Positions 19,304 through 35,019 are shown, counted from the stretch's first letter. The stretch is DNA of 64,000 nucleotides from an uncultured delta proteobacterium (GCA_963724765.1 CAVRVY010000003.1:832001-896000); one strand, 5' to 3'. Numbers and translations: made by a program. The notes: a model not told the origin generated them from the sequence alone.

Positions 19304-20824
19304 CTAGAAACCGAATACCCTGCCGACCGCGACCCGGATCAGGTTGGTGCGCACCGTAACGGGAGCTGCGCCCTCGGCGATAGTGACGGCGCGGTCGCGG
19401 TCGAGCTTGTTGGCGACCTCCCCGTCGAGGTACGCGTCGTGCCCGATCACCCTTACCGTCACGCCGGTCAGCCCCGCACCGACCAGGGCCTGCGAGATCT
19501 GTTGCTGACGAGCGGCCCACACCGACGTGTCGGTGGTCGTCTGATCGATAACGCCGGTGACCCCGCTCACGCTGCGCGCAGTTCGCACGGCCACGCGCTT
19601 GTCGTCGTCGTCGAAGACCTTGCCATAAAGCGTCACCACGCCGCCGTTGGTATAGGCATTGACGCGGTTAAGCTTGCGATTGGAACGCAGCGCCGACTGA
19701 ACCTGCTCCAGCAGCGATGGCCTCGGCGGCCGCGCCGAGGCAACGCGCTTGTGCCGTCTGGGAGTGGGGGGCGTCGCGACAACCGGCGCCGTCGCTTCCA
19801 TCGGGGGCGGCGCGACGGTCGGCACGGCGGCCGGGGCGAAGGCGTACTCCGGAGAAGAGGTCGCACCCAGGGCGGCGACCTTGGTCGCGAGGCCCGAATC
19901 GATAGCGCTGGCCTGGGCGGCGTCGCGCGCGAAGATCACCGGATAGTCCGCACTGACCTCGCCACCGTTGATGGGCGCAAATGTCCATCCCATCATCACC
20001 TTGACCGCCGCCGCGTCGAGTTCGGGGTTGGGCGCGGTAGAGGTCCGCACCACGGCGCCGGTTACCGCGCCACTGGGCGCCACCGTCAACCGCACCATCA
20101 TCCCGTCGTCGATTGGCGATCCGCCCGCGAGCACGCCGCGGTAGGCATCGAGCAGGCCGCTCTTACCGAGATCGAAAACTTTGTGCGCCGCGTCAACACT
20201 ACGCTCCGGCGCCGCCGCCGACTCGCCGATCGTCTGTACCGGCACGCTATGCGCCAGGTCGACCGTCGGGCCGCTCGCCACGGCGGCCGGGCTCGCCGTG
20301 GCGGCCGGGGACGCCTCGACCGTTTTCGGCGGCGATATCGCAGGCCTCGAGCTCAGATGGATTGCGAGCGCAGCGCCTCCGGCTAATGCGACAATCGCCG
20401 CCACCGAGTAACCGATTACGCTCGCCAGGGGCCGGCGCTGTTCATCGTCGGCCTCGTCAACAGGCGGAGTGGGCGGCGTGAACTGGGTCGCGGTCAGTCG
20501 GTCCTGGACGGGAACATAGGTCTCGGGACGCTGGCGCGGCGTCCCCGGGGCCGCACCGCCAAGCGCCGCGCCGCGAGCGGACGCCGGTCCGCCTGCGGGC
20601 GGCGCGCCGCCGCTAACCGGCAGCCGCGCGCCGCAGAAATTGCACATCAGCTCGTCCGGCTCGGCCTTGCCGCCGCACACGGGACATTCGATCTGTTGTT
20701 CGCGCGCGTCAGCCATCTTTGCCGTGCCGGCGGCCGCCGCGGAGGGGGTAAGCGCGGTGCCGTCGGTCTCGCAAAACGACTCGTCGTCGGGATAACTCCT
20801 GGCGCATCGTGGACAAGTCTTCAT
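19304..20824 (-). CDS. Zinc-ribbon + TM + TonB_C/AgmX-like + double BON domain protein
   Basis: CPRC..FCETDG and CPVC..MCNFCG; TM helix; VRLTVAPSGAVT...ELD.AA.....WTFAP...YPVIF; BON motifs GVVTLYGKV and AYLDGEV. Confidence 0.75.
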   Translation of the reverse strand: MKTCPRCARSYPDDESFCETDGTALTPSAAAAGTAKMADAREQQIECPVCGGKAEPDELMCNFCGARLPVSGGAPPAGGPASARGAALGGAAPGTPRQRPETYVPVQDRLTATQFTPPTPPVDEADDEQRRPLASVIGYSVAAIVALAGGAALAIHLSSRPAISPPKTVEASPAATASPAAVASGPTVDLAHSVPVQTIGESAAAPERSVDAAHKVFDLGKSGLLDAYRGVLAGGSPIDDGMMVRLTVAPSGAVTGAVVRTSTAPNPELDAAAVKVMMGWTFAPINGGEVSADYPVIFARDAAQASAIDSGLATKVAALGATSSPEYAFAPAAVPTVAPPPMEATAPVVATPPTPRRHKRVASARPPRPSLLEQVQSALRSNRKLNRVNAYTNGGVVTLYGKVFDDDDKRVAVRTARSVSGVTGVIDQTTTDTSVWAARQQQISQALVGAGLTGVTVRVIGHDAYLDGEVANKLDRDRAVTIAEGAAPVTVRTNLIRVAVGRVFGF

Positions 20825-20984
20825 GGCTTAAGGATGGCCTCCTGGACGCATCGCCGAACCCGGTATCCTCTCAATTCGCCCGTTATTCCCGGCGTATCGA
20901 TGATATCCGCAGGGTCGTACGCTACGCTACATGGCTTAGTTACACCCAGCTTGCGCGGCGCGCGCTGGCATCGCGTTTCCCGCA

Positions 20985-21839
20985 CTAGTGCCGCGCCATC
21001 ACCTGGCTGTGGAACTGTTCCATCGCGGCGATTGCGCGCTCGGCCTGGCGCGCTCCGGGGATTATCAGCCTCGAGACGCCGGCCTGGGCGAACGCGTTGA
21101 CCAGCTCGACGGTCAAGGGCTCGCCCAGGCGCGGGCTGAGCGTGATTTCCAACGGCGTCGAGCGATTCTGAGCGCGTTCATGGCCGCGCAGCCGAGCGAT
21201 CAAATCCCGTGTCTCGTGAATGTCCTCGGCGATCCCGTACCATCCATCCGCCAGTTGTGCGGCCCGGCGCAGCGAGGGCTCGGCATGGCCGCCGAAGATG
21301 ATCGGTGGACGCGGCTGCTGGATCGGCTTGGGCATGAATCTCACGCCCTCGAGGTGGACCGTGCGGCCCGCGAACGTCGGCTCCTTGCGCGTCCACAGTT
21401 CGTCCATCAGGGCGAGGTACTCGCGAGTGCGCCGCGCGCGGTCGGCAAACGACATCCCCACCGCCTCGAATTCCTCCTCCAGCCATCCGATACCCACGCC
21501 GAAGATGAAGCGGCCGCCCGAAAGCACGTCGAGGCTGGCGACCGCCTTGGCCGTAGCGACTGCATTGCGCAGCGGCACCACGAAGATGCCGGTCGCCAGC
21601 CGGATGTGGCTGGTGACGGCAGCGACGTAAGCGAGCGCCAGGAAAGGATCGTGCAGCGGCGTATCGGGCGGCGCGGGCATCCGGCCGTCCGCGGCGTACG
21701 GATAGCGCGACCGGTAGTTGACCGGCAAAACGAGATGCTCAGGAATCCAAAGCGACTCGAACCCCAGTTTCTCGGCCCTGCGCGCGACGCGGGCGAGGTC
21801 GGGGCCTGCGATCTGATAAAGGAACGTCGCGAACTTCAC
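20985..21839 (-). CDS. LLM class F420-dependent oxidoreductase (Rv2161c-like)
   Basis: GFESLWIPEHLV, HDPFLALAYVAAVT, LDVLSGGR...GVGIGW..EEFEAVG; GTG start. Confidence 0.9.
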   Translation of the reverse strand: MKFATFLYQIAGPDLARVARRAEKLGFESLWIPEHLVLPVNYRSRYPYAADGRMPAPPDTPLHDPFLALAYVAAVTSHIRLATGIFVVPLRNAVATAKAVASLDVLSGGRFIFGVGIGWLEEEFEAVGMSFADRARRTREYLALMDELWTRKEPTFAGRTVHLEGVRFMPKPIQQPRPPIIFGGHAEPSLRRAAQLADGWYGIAEDIHETRDLIARLRGHERAQNRSTPLEITLSPRLGEPLTVELVNAFAQAGVSRLIIPGARQAERAIAAMEQFHSQVMARH

Positions 21840-21952
21840 CCCTTCACCTCGCGCATCTTGCACAACCCTCGCCCACGCGGCCTGGTTCCACACGCGACCG
21901 GAACACAGCGGCGGGCGCGCCCGTCACGACCACACTCAGCGCCGCGCGGGAG

Positions 21953-22171
21953 TTAGACCGAGCCGCTTTCGAGACGAAACCCTATTTTGACGTGAACCTG
22001 GAACTCGGGCTCGCCCTTGGCGTTGACCGACCCGCGGATTTCGCGGACTTCGAACCAGTCGATGTTGCGCAGCGTCTGGCTGGCCTTTTTGAGCGCGTTG
22101 CGCACGCCCTGGTGGATGCTCTGGTCGGAGACGCCGACCACGTCGACTATCTTGTAGGTTTTGTCGGGCAT
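21953..22171 (-). CDS. Dodecin (flavin-binding)
   Basis: TYKIVDVVGVS, ASQTLRNIDWFEV..IRG, FQV.VKIGFRLE. Confidence 0.93.
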   Translation of the reverse strand: MPDKTYKIVDVVGVSDQSIHQGVRNALKKASQTLRNIDWFEVREIRGSVNAKGEPEFQVHVKIGFRLESGSV

Positions 22172-22275
22172 GGGATTTTCTCCTGGCGTTTGCACGCCTC
22201 GCTTAAACTCGCTGCCACTGGACTCTTATGCCAAGATCCTCACCCCCGGCCACGCATCGCGGTGACCCTGCCGGC

Positions 22276-23721
22276 TTACGGCCGTGCAGTTGGAAACGAT
22301 ACCGCGAACACCGCCGCATCGTCCACCGCTCTCACGTCGAGCAGGAAGGCGTCGTCCGCGATGCGCCCGATGACCGGCGGGCGGGCCGCGCGGAACATCG
22401 CGGCAATCGCTTCGGGCGCAAGCTCCGGATGAGTCACGCGGACGGCACGGGAGGGAATCTGTTCGGTCGGCTGCGCACCCGATCCGATTTGCGAAAATGA
22501 CGGCACGACCTCGAGGGCGAAATCGCCGCCAAGACGCTCGGCCAGGATCTCGCGAGCGCGCTCGGCGAGTTGCTCAAGCTCGCCCGTCGTGCGGCCTAGG
22601 TAGCGCAGCGTCGGCAACGTCGCGGCCAGGTCGCCTGCGCGAAGATAAAGCCGCAACGTCGCTTCCAGAGCGGCCAGCGTCAGCTTGTCGCAGCGGAGCG
22701 CGCGCCTGAGCGCATTCGCGCGCAGCTTCTTCACCAGCTCGCGCCGCCCCACCGCCACTCCCGCTTGCGGCCCGCCCAGCAACTTGTCGCCCGAAAACGT
22801 CACCAGGCCGGCGCCCGCCGCTATGCGTTCGGCGACCATCGGCTCGCGCGGAAGATCGAGCCGTCCGAGATCGATCAACGCACCCGAGCCCAGATCCTCG
22901 ACCACGTCGATTCCATGGCGCCGTCCGATTTCCACCAGCTCGGCCAGCCCGACCTCGGCGGTGAAGCCGACCACGCGGTAATTGGATGGATGGACTTTGA
23001 GCAGGAGCGCAGTGTCGGGACCGATGGCGCGTTCGTAGTCGGCGGGATGAGTGCGATTGGTGGTGCCGACTTCGCGCAAGCGCGCGCCGCTGTGTTCCAT
23101 CAGATCGGGCAGCCTGAACGAGCCGCCGATTTCGATTAGCTCGCCGCGCGAGACCACGACCTCGCGCCCGGCGGCGAGCGAGTTGAGCGCGAGCAATATG
23201 GCGGCGGCATTGTTGTTGACCACCGTCGCCGCTTCGGCGCCGGTCAGCGCGCACAACTCCTCTTCAACCAGCGCGTCGCGCTCACCGCGGCCGCCGCTCT
23301 CGAAGTCGTACTCCAGGTTGACCGCCGATCGCGCCGCCGCCGCCATCGCTTCGATCGCCGGCTCGGCCAGCAGCGCGCGGCCGAGATTGGTGTGGAGCAC
23401 AACGCCGGTCGCGTTGATCAGGGGACGCAAGGATGGCTCGTCGGCTTCGATAGCGGCGCGCGTGCGCCGGAGGACCTCCTCGACCATCGCCTGGCGCGTG
23501 GGCGAGGCAAACGCGGCAGGCAACCCCGGCTTGGATAAAACCGCAAGCCGCAGTTCCGCCTGTGCCCGCCGCACCATCAGCTTGACGTACTCGCGCCCAA
23601 GTCCGTCAATTCCAGCGACACCCTCGCACGCGCGCAGGCATTCGTCGACCGGCGGCATCGCGCGCAACAACTCGGCCCGCGCGACTGCCGCGCGACCCTT
23701 CTTCGTTTGGCCGGAACTCAT
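22276..23721 (-). CDS. selA: L-seryl-tRNA(Sec) selenium transferase
   Basis: INATGVVLHTNLGRA, VVNNNAAA, SRGELIEIGGSFR, EVGTTNRT, FSGDKLLGGPQAG. Confidence 0.97.
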   Translation of the reverse strand: MSSGQTKKGRAAVARAELLRAMPPVDECLRACEGVAGIDGLGREYVKLMVRRAQAELRLAVLSKPGLPAAFASPTRQAMVEEVLRRTRAAIEADEPSLRPLINATGVVLHTNLGRALLAEPAIEAMAAAARSAVNLEYDFESGGRGERDALVEEELCALTGAEAATVVNNNAAAILLALNSLAAGREVVVSRGELIEIGGSFRLPDLMEHSGARLREVGTTNRTHPADYERAIGPDTALLLKVHPSNYRVVGFTAEVGLAELVEIGRRHGIDVVEDLGSGALIDLGRLDLPREPMVAERIAAGAGLVTFSGDKLLGGPQAGVAVGRRELVKKLRANALRRALRCDKLTLAALEATLRLYLRAGDLAATLPTLRYLGRTTGELEQLAERAREILAERLGGDFALEVVPSFSQIGSGAQPTEQIPSRAVRVTHPELAPEAIAAMFRAARPPVIGRIADDAFLLDVRAVDDAAVFAVSFPTARP

Positions 23722-23788
23722 TTGAAGCTCGCCTCGTCCAAAAACGAACGCCTCATTATCCGCGTCGCGCACGGCCCTGGCCGGGCGT

Positions 23789-25120
23789 TCAGACCGCGCG
23801 ATCGCGGGCAGCTTGCGCGGCGGCGATAACGGAAAGCCTCGCTACCAGGATGATGCCGCAGATAAGCGTCGCCACGGCCGACACCGCAACCGCGATCTGC
23901 GGGCTCACGCGCTGGCCGATATAGCCGACCTCCAGACTGCCAATCGGCGCAAGCCCGATGAACGATAGCGTGTACATGCTCATCACCCGCCCACGCAACT
24001 CGTCCGAGACGAATAGCTGGAGCATCGTATTGCTGGTCGCCATGTAATTGATCAGTCCCGCGCCGATCAGCATTTGTGACAGCAGCGACAGCCACATCAA
24101 GGACGTAAAGCCGAACACGAAAATTCCGGCCGCGGAGCCGAACAGGCCGAAAATGAGGTTTTGGCGAAGCCCGCGCGGCGTCTTGCTCGAGGCCAGCACG
24201 AAGGCGCCGATCAACGCGCCCACACCCTGGGCGGCGAGCAGAAAGCCGTAGGCACGGGGGCCGCCGTGCAACACATCGCGGGCGAAGACCGGAATCAGCA
24301 CCGAGTACTGCATCCCGAAGCCCGCGTTGAGCGCGATCAGCAGCAGCAGATAGAAGCTCGCGCGATGATGCCAGATGTAATCGAAGCCCTCGCGCAGGCG
24401 CGTGAACATCGCCGACCCGATGCGCGGCAACTCGCGCGCCTCCAGCTCCATCTCGAGCAGGCTCCAAATGACCGCGATATAACTAAGCCCGTTAAGGAAA
24501 AAGCATCCCGCAATGCCGATTACGCTGATCAGAACGCCAGCGACGGCGGGCCCGACCACGCGCGCGCCGTTGAAGATCATCGAGTTGAGCGCGATCGCGT
24601 TGGGCAAATCCTCGCGCCCGACCATCTCGACCACGAAGCTCTGACGCGCCGGCATGTCGAAGGCCGTTACCAGGCCATTGATCGCGGCCAGTATGATCAC
24701 GTGCTCGACTCGCACCACGCCGGCCCAGGTGAGCGCCGCCAGGATGAACGCGCTCAACATCAGCAGCACCTGGGTGATGACGATCAGCCGGCGCCGATCG
24801 GCGTGATCGACAATCACGCCGGCGAACAGCGTCACCAGCAGCACCGGCAGGTAGCCGGCGAAGCTGACCACGCCGAGCATCATGGCCGAGTTGGTAAGCT
24901 TGAGCACCAGCCATCCCTGCGCCACCGACTGCATCCAGGTGCCGATGAGCGAGACGAACTGGCCGCCGAAAAACAGCCGGAAATTGCGATGGCGCAGCGC
25001 GCGAAAGGCGCCCACCGGCCCGGCCGAAGATTCGACCAGAGGTTCGGATTGTACGGGCGCTGCGGCGGTCGGGTTACCCCCGCAAGGGGTGTCGGCGGAA
25101 GTCTCGATGGGAGCGCTCAT
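23789..25120 (-). CDS. MFS transporter (H+ antiporter-3/DUF894 type)
   Basis: AFRALRHRNFRLFF.GQFVSLIGTWMQ, NAIALNS..FN.AR..GP, RGRVMS. Confidence 0.92.
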   Translation of the reverse strand: MSAPIETSADTPCGGNPTAAAPVQSEPLVESSAGPVGAFRALRHRNFRLFFGGQFVSLIGTWMQSVAQGWLVLKLTNSAMMLGVVSFAGYLPVLLVTLFAGVIVDHADRRRLIVITQVLLMLSAFILAALTWAGVVRVEHVIILAAINGLVTAFDMPARQSFVVEMVGREDLPNAIALNSMIFNGARVVGPAVAGVLISVIGIAGCFFLNGLSYIAVIWSLLEMELEARELPRIGSAMFTRLREGFDYIWHHRASFYLLLLIALNAGFGMQYSVLIPVFARDVLHGGPRAYGFLLAAQGVGALIGAFVLASSKTPRGLRQNLIFGLFGSAAGIFVFGFTSLMWLSLLSQMLIGAGLINYMATSNTMLQLFVSDELRGRVMSMYTLSFIGLAPIGSLEVGYIGQRVSPQIAVAVSAVATLICGIILVARLSVIAAAQAARDRAV

Positions 25121-25244
25121 TGAGGAATAGGGCCAGTTTGGCAAAGTCGGAGGCGGCTGGCGAGCGCGGCCTCAAAAAGCGGTCAAAGCGGCGCTCACGC
25201 GGGGATTCACGCGCAGGTGAGCGGTGGTGTAAGATTATAATCCC

Positions 25245-26435
25245 ATGTTCGGAGAATTAATTCCGCGCGAGAAGAGCAAGGCCCCGTTTATCTCTATCGA
25301 GGAAGCGCTCGAGGAGATCCGACGCGGCCGCATGATCATCCTGATGGATGACGAGCAGCGCGAAAACGAAGGCGACCTCTGCATGGCCGCCGAGCTCGCC
25401 ACCACTGAAGCCATCAACTTCATGGCCACGCATGGACGCGGTCTGATCTGTCTGCCGATGGCGCCCGAGCGGATCGAACAACTCGGACTCAGCATGATGG
25501 TCGGTGACAACCAGGCCCCGCTCGGCACCGCTTTTACCGTGCCGATCACCGCGCGGCGCGCCAGCGGCTCGGGTATCTCGGCCCGCGATCGTGCGACCAC
25601 GATTCTGCAGGCCGTGCGTGAGGACGCCACTGGCGCCGAGTTCGTCAGTCCCGGCTACGTCTATCCGCTGCGCGCGCGTGAGGGCGGCGTGCTGGTGCGT
25701 ACCGGCCAGACCGAGGGCGGAGTCGACCTGGCGCGGCTGGCCGGGCTCAAACCCGCCGGGGTCATCTGCGAGATCCTCAAGGAAGACGGCACGATGGCGC
25801 GACGCGACGACCTGGTGGACTTCGCCCGCATCCACGGGCTCAAGATCGTCACCGTCGCCGACATTATCGAGTATCGCTTGCGCAACGAAACGATGGTGCA
25901 GCGGATCGCCGAGGCCCGCCTGCCCACCCATTGCGGCGAGTTTCGCGCCTTCGTCTATCGCAACCGGGTCGACTCGACCGAGCATCTGGTGCTGGTGATG
26001 GGTACGATCGATCCCGACCGTCCAGTGCGCGTGCGAGCACATCGCGAGTATCTGCCCGGCGACGTCTTCGGTTACGCGCCGCGCAATACCCGCAGCCTCC
26101 TGCTGGCCGCGATGGAGCGTATCGCAGCGATCGGCGAGGGCGTTATCCTTTACCTCAAGCGCGAGTCCGACACGATCGCCAGCGACATGGACAACCGCCG
26201 CGCCGCGGCGGCCGCGCGCCGCAACTGGTATCTTCGCGCCAGCACCCATCTGAGCCCGCCCGAGGCCGACTTCCGCGACTACGGAATAGGTGCGCAGATC
26301 CTGCGCGACGTCGGTGTACGTAAAATGATTCTGCTATCCGACCAGGCGCCTCGGCTGGCCAATCTGCCAGGGTACGGATTGGAGATTATCGGCAGCGAGC
26401 CGCTTTCCGATGGCGAAGGGGTGCCGGGAAGTTGA
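25245..26435 (+). CDS. ribB: 3,4-dihydroxy-2-butanone-4-phosphate synthase fused to a degenerate GTP cyclohydrolase II domain (RibBX-type)
   Basis: DDEQRENEGD, GRGLICL, GISARDR, GVICEI; C-terminal domain has RDYGIGAQIL but lacks the zinc-binding cysteines. Confidence 0.88.
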   Translation: MFGELIPREKSKAPFISIEEALEEIRRGRMIILMDDEQRENEGDLCMAAELATTEAINFMATHGRGLICLPMAPERIEQLGLSMMVGDNQAPLGTAFTVPITARRASGSGISARDRATTILQAVREDATGAEFVSPGYVYPLRAREGGVLVRTGQTEGGVDLARLAGLKPAGVICEILKEDGTMARRDDLVDFARIHGLKIVTVADIIEYRLRNETMVQRIAEARLPTHCGEFRAFVYRNRVDSTEHLVLVMGTIDPDRPVRVRAHREYLPGDVFGYAPRNTRSLLLAAMERIAAIGEGVILYLKRESDTIASDMDNRRAAAAARRNWYLRASTHLSPPEADFRDYGIGAQILRDVGVRKMILLSDQAPRLANLPGYGLEIIGSEPLSDGEGVPGS

Positions 26436-26517
26436 GCCCAGGCTGAGAGTCGGATGAATCCGAGCCGGACGCATTCAAGCGCGCGGAACCGCGCCTGAAA
26501 TTACGGGATTATTCCAG

Positions 26518-28548
26518 GTGATGAGTAGATATCGCCCCCTGTGGCGCTTTTTTGGAGATCGGGGGTCTAACCGTAGCTCCGCTGGGGCAGTCGTGCGCTC
26601 GTCCGGCGCATTGGCGATCGCGATTTTCGCGGTCGCGATTGCCGCGCGCCTTGCCTGGCCGCAGGCCGCGAACGCACAGGATTCACAGGACCTGCCGAAA
26701 CCGTCGGAAGTCGTCAAAATCGACTCGCTCAAGCTGGGCGGCGCGCTCAAGCCAGGCGCTACCAGCCAGCTCGAGGTCGAAGCCGAGATCCTTCCCGGAT
26801 GGCATATCAACTCGAACCATCCGAACTCGGCCGATTTCATCCGAACCACGCTCTCGGTAACTCCGCCCGCAGCGGTAAAAGCTGGCGCCGTTACCTATCC
26901 GCCGGCCGACGAGATCGCGCCCGCCTTTTCCGGCGGCGAGAAACTTTCGGTTTTCACCGGCACGATGAAATTCACGGTCCCGTTGAGCGCGGCGGCGGGC
27001 TTCAAGTCCGACTCGGGCGCCGAAGTCGGGGTTACGCTGGAATACCAGCCGTGCAACGACAACATCTGCATGCCGCCGGCCAAGGTCAGCGCCAGCGCCT
27101 CGCTGGGCTCGATGCAACCGGCTTCCGCGACCTCGTCGCCTCACGCCGCGCTTGAACGCGCTCGGCTGCTGGCCGTGGCCTTCGGCGACAACGGCGGCGA
27201 CTCGTCCGGCGATTCGTCGGACGTTTCATCGGACAATTCGCCCGACAATTCGTCGAACGACGGCGGCCCGCAAGCGCCCGAATCGGAGCTGGCCAATATC
27301 TTTCTGGCCCATGGGATGCTGATCGGTCTGCTCGCGGTGTTGCTCGGCGGGCTCGCGCTGAATCTGACGCCGTGCGTTTATCCATTGATCGGCGTGACGA
27401 TCGCGTACTTCGGCAACCAGGGCGGCGGTCCGCGCAAAATCGCCGTGCTCGCCGTCATTTACGTATTGGGGATCGCGCTTACGTTTTCGCTGGCCGGCGT
27501 CGCCGTGGCGCTTTCCGGAGGACTGTTTGGCGCGGCATTGCAAAATCCGCTGGTGCTGATCGCGATCGCCGCGATGCTGCTGGTGCTGGCGGCCTCCAGC
27601 TTCGGGATGTTTTCGCTCAAGCCGCCGCAATGGCTGATGCGCCGGGCGGGAGTGGCACGGCCGGGCTACCTCGGATCGCTCGTGATGGGCCTCGGGATGG
27701 GCGTGGTGGCGGCTCCATGCATCGGGCCGATCGTGCTCGGACTGTTGCTGATGGTCGAGCGCAGCGAGAGCCCCGTCTTCGGCTTCGCGCTCTTCTTTAC
27801 CCTGGCGATCGGACTCGGACTGCCCTATATCGCGCTGGCCCTGGCGGCCGGGCACATCAAGACTCTGCCGCGCTCGGGCGAGTGGCTCGCGTGGGTCGAG
27901 CAACTCTTCGGCTTCGTGCTGGTCGGGCTGGCGCTGTACTTCCTGGACCCGGTGACGCGCGGCTGGACGACGCGGGTCATTCCGTACTACGCGGTCGCGG
28001 CCGGCATCTTCCTGGGTTTCGTGACTCCCGCGGGGCGCCGATGGCGTCCGTTCCTAGTCTTCCGCAGTGTACTGGGAGCGCTTTCGCTGGGCGCGCTCGT
28101 CTGGATGCTGATGTTCTCCGCGGCCAAGCCTGCGGCGCAATTGGCCTTTACTCCGTACGACGTCGCGATCCTCAATCAGGCTCGCGCAGCCAAAAAACCG
28201 GTGGTGATCGATTTCAGCGCCGCCTGGTGCGTTCCGTGCCGCGAGATGATCCGCACGACGTTTCGCGACCCGGCGGTTATCGAGGCCGCCTCGCACTTCG
28301 TCCGTCTCCAGGCCGACATCACTGATCGCGACAACCGCAACACGCAACTCGCCCTGCAGTATGCGATTAGAGGCGTGCCAACGACGGTCTTCATCGACAA
28401 GCACGGCCGGATATTGAAGCGTGAGGTCGGCTATCTGAACTCTCGCCGCTTCCTGAGCGATTTGCGTCAAATCGACGAGATGGACGGCCTGCCCGAGGTC
28501 CGCGCGACACCGCCGAGCATTCACGTCAAGCTCGCAGCCTCACTTTAA
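26518..28548 (+). CDS. DsbD-family protein-disulfide reductase
   Basis: GWHINS and YQPCNDNICMPP N-domain, LTPCVYP and AAPCIGP TM domain, DFSAAWCVPC thioredoxin domain; start uncertain. Confidence 0.9.
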   Translation: MMSRYRPLWRFFGDRGSNRSSAGAVVRSSGALAIAIFAVAIAARLAWPQAANAQDSQDLPKPSEVVKIDSLKLGGALKPGATSQLEVEAEILPGWHINSNHPNSADFIRTTLSVTPPAAVKAGAVTYPPADEIAPAFSGGEKLSVFTGTMKFTVPLSAAAGFKSDSGAEVGVTLEYQPCNDNICMPPAKVSASASLGSMQPASATSSPHAALERARLLAVAFGDNGGDSSGDSSDVSSDNSPDNSSNDGGPQAPESELANIFLAHGMLIGLLAVLLGGLALNLTPCVYPLIGVTIAYFGNQGGGPRKIAVLAVIYVLGIALTFSLAGVAVALSGGLFGAALQNPLVLIAIAAMLLVLAASSFGMFSLKPPQWLMRRAGVARPGYLGSLVMGLGMGVVAAPCIGPIVLGLLLMVERSESPVFGFALFFTLAIGLGLPYIALALAAGHIKTLPRSGEWLAWVEQLFGFVLVGLALYFLDPVTRGWTTRVIPYYAVAAGIFLGFVTPAGRRWRPFLVFRSVLGALSLGALVWMLMFSAAKPAAQLAFTPYDVAILNQARAAKKPVVIDFSAAWCVPCREMIRTTFRDPAVIEAASHFVRLQADITDRDNRNTQLALQYAIRGVPTTVFIDKHGRILKREVGYLNSRRFLSDLRQIDEMDGLPEVRATPPSIHVKLAASL

Positions 28549-28953
28549 ACCGGGGACTTGCCGGCAGGTCGGCCTTGGGGCGCGACATTCGCCCGACGGT
28601 TGGCGGCTCTGACTTTTTCGCGTAGTCCGGTTAGACAGCCTCGCGCAGAAGCATTCTTGGGCCATGACCGTCGTTTTCGAGGGCCAGAATGCTCTCCGGC
28701 TATCGTACGAACGCCATTCTATTCAGGCATGATGACATTTTCTTAGCGCGCTCGCCATTCGGCTTTCTCGGAGTCTATAATTCTACTGATAAAATCTGAT
28801 CTTTCGGATTTCTAAGGTCTTTGTCAAACCGATGTTTGATTACGATGTCGCAACACGCGAATAGAAGCTGCCATTTTCTTTACTTGACGGCCGTTTCGGA
28901 CTAGACTGAATGCGTTAGAAAGACGTAACGGCATTTGATGAAAATTCCGTTGA

Positions 28954-31449
<2,496 letters not shown>

Positions 31450-31526
31450 CGCATCGTCCGCAAGAGTTCCGCGCCGCGCGAGAGGCGCCGTGTTACGAAA
31501 TATCCGTGCAAGAGGCCCGCGATTAA

Positions 31527-34076
<2,550 letters not shown>

Positions 34077-34131
34077 GAACGCCCGTCAGTGCGGTGGACA
34101 TCCGGCGCGGCGAGGGCGTAAAGATCGCGTC

Positions 34132-35019
34132 ATGCCGCTCGATTCATCGCTGGTTGGAACCTCTTCGGAGCTGATATCGGCCGACGTCGACGTGGCCTGG
34201 ACGATGGCGTACGCGGCAGGGCTCGGCGACGCGCTGCCCTGTTACCTCGACACCACGCTTGAGTGCGGCATCGTCGCCCATCCGATGTTCCCGGTGGCAA
34301 TCGAGTGGCGCGCGATGATCCAGATAATCCAGGTGCTGAGCGAGGCCGGCTTTCCGCGCGCCGAAATGCTCCGCCGCGTGCATGCGACCGACGACGTGAT
34401 CGTGCATCGCCCGATCCGCCCGCCCGAGCGGCTGTTCACGCGCGCCACGCTCGCCGGAATCGAACGGCGCAAGGCCGGTGCTTACCAGCTCACCCGCTTC
34501 GACACTGTCGACGAAAAAGGCGCGCCGGTCTGCACCACCTGGTACGGCAATCTCTACCGCGGCGTCGAGGTCGCGGGCCCCGACAGTCCGCCACCGGATG
34601 CGCCCGCGATGCTTGCACCCTCGACCGCAGCGTCAGCGGCGCACGCGAGCTTCGCGATCCCGATTTCGCCGCTGGCCGCACATATCTACGGCGCCTGTGC
34701 GCGGCTGGGCAACCCGGTCAATATCCATACCGACATCGCGACCGCGAAGAAGGCCGGACTGCCGGGAACGATCCTGCACGGCACCGCCACGCTCGCGATG
34801 GCGGCCTCGAGGGTGATCGCGGCCGAGGCCGCTGGCGACCCGACGCGCGTCGGACGCATCCACGCGCGCTTCGGCGCGATGGTGCTGATGCCGTCGGAGA
34901 TCGAGGTGCGGATTTCCGCGCGCGAGGCGGACGCCGAGGGCAAGACAGTCTTTTTCGAGGTGCTTGGCCCCGACGGAGGGAGAGCAATTCGCGACGGCTT
35001 CGTCGTGCTGCGCGATTGA
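34132..35019 (+). CDS. Double hot-dog MaoC-like dehydratase-family protein (paralog 1)
   Basis: MAYAAG, HPMFPV, IHTD...AKKAGLPGTILHGTAT, ARF..MV. Confidence 0.8.
   Translation: MPLDSSLVGTSSELISADVDVAWTMAYAAGLGDALPCYLDTTLECGIVAHPMFPVAIEWRAMIQIIQVLSEAGFPRAEMLRRVHATDDVIVHRPIRPPERLFTRATLAGIERRKAGAYQLTRFDTVDEKGAPVCTTWYGNLYRGVEVAGPDSPPPDAPAMLAPSTAASAAHASFAIPISPLAAHIYGACARLGNPVNIHTDIATAKKAGLPGTILHGTATLAMAASRVIAAEAAGDPTRVGRIHARFGAMVLMPSEIEVRISAREADAEGKTVFFEVLGPDGGRAIRDGFVVLRD

Noticed and set aside
22276-23721. tRNA-Sec or selB next to selA
   Set aside because: No TCA-anticodon cloverleaf or translation GTPase gene seen nearby
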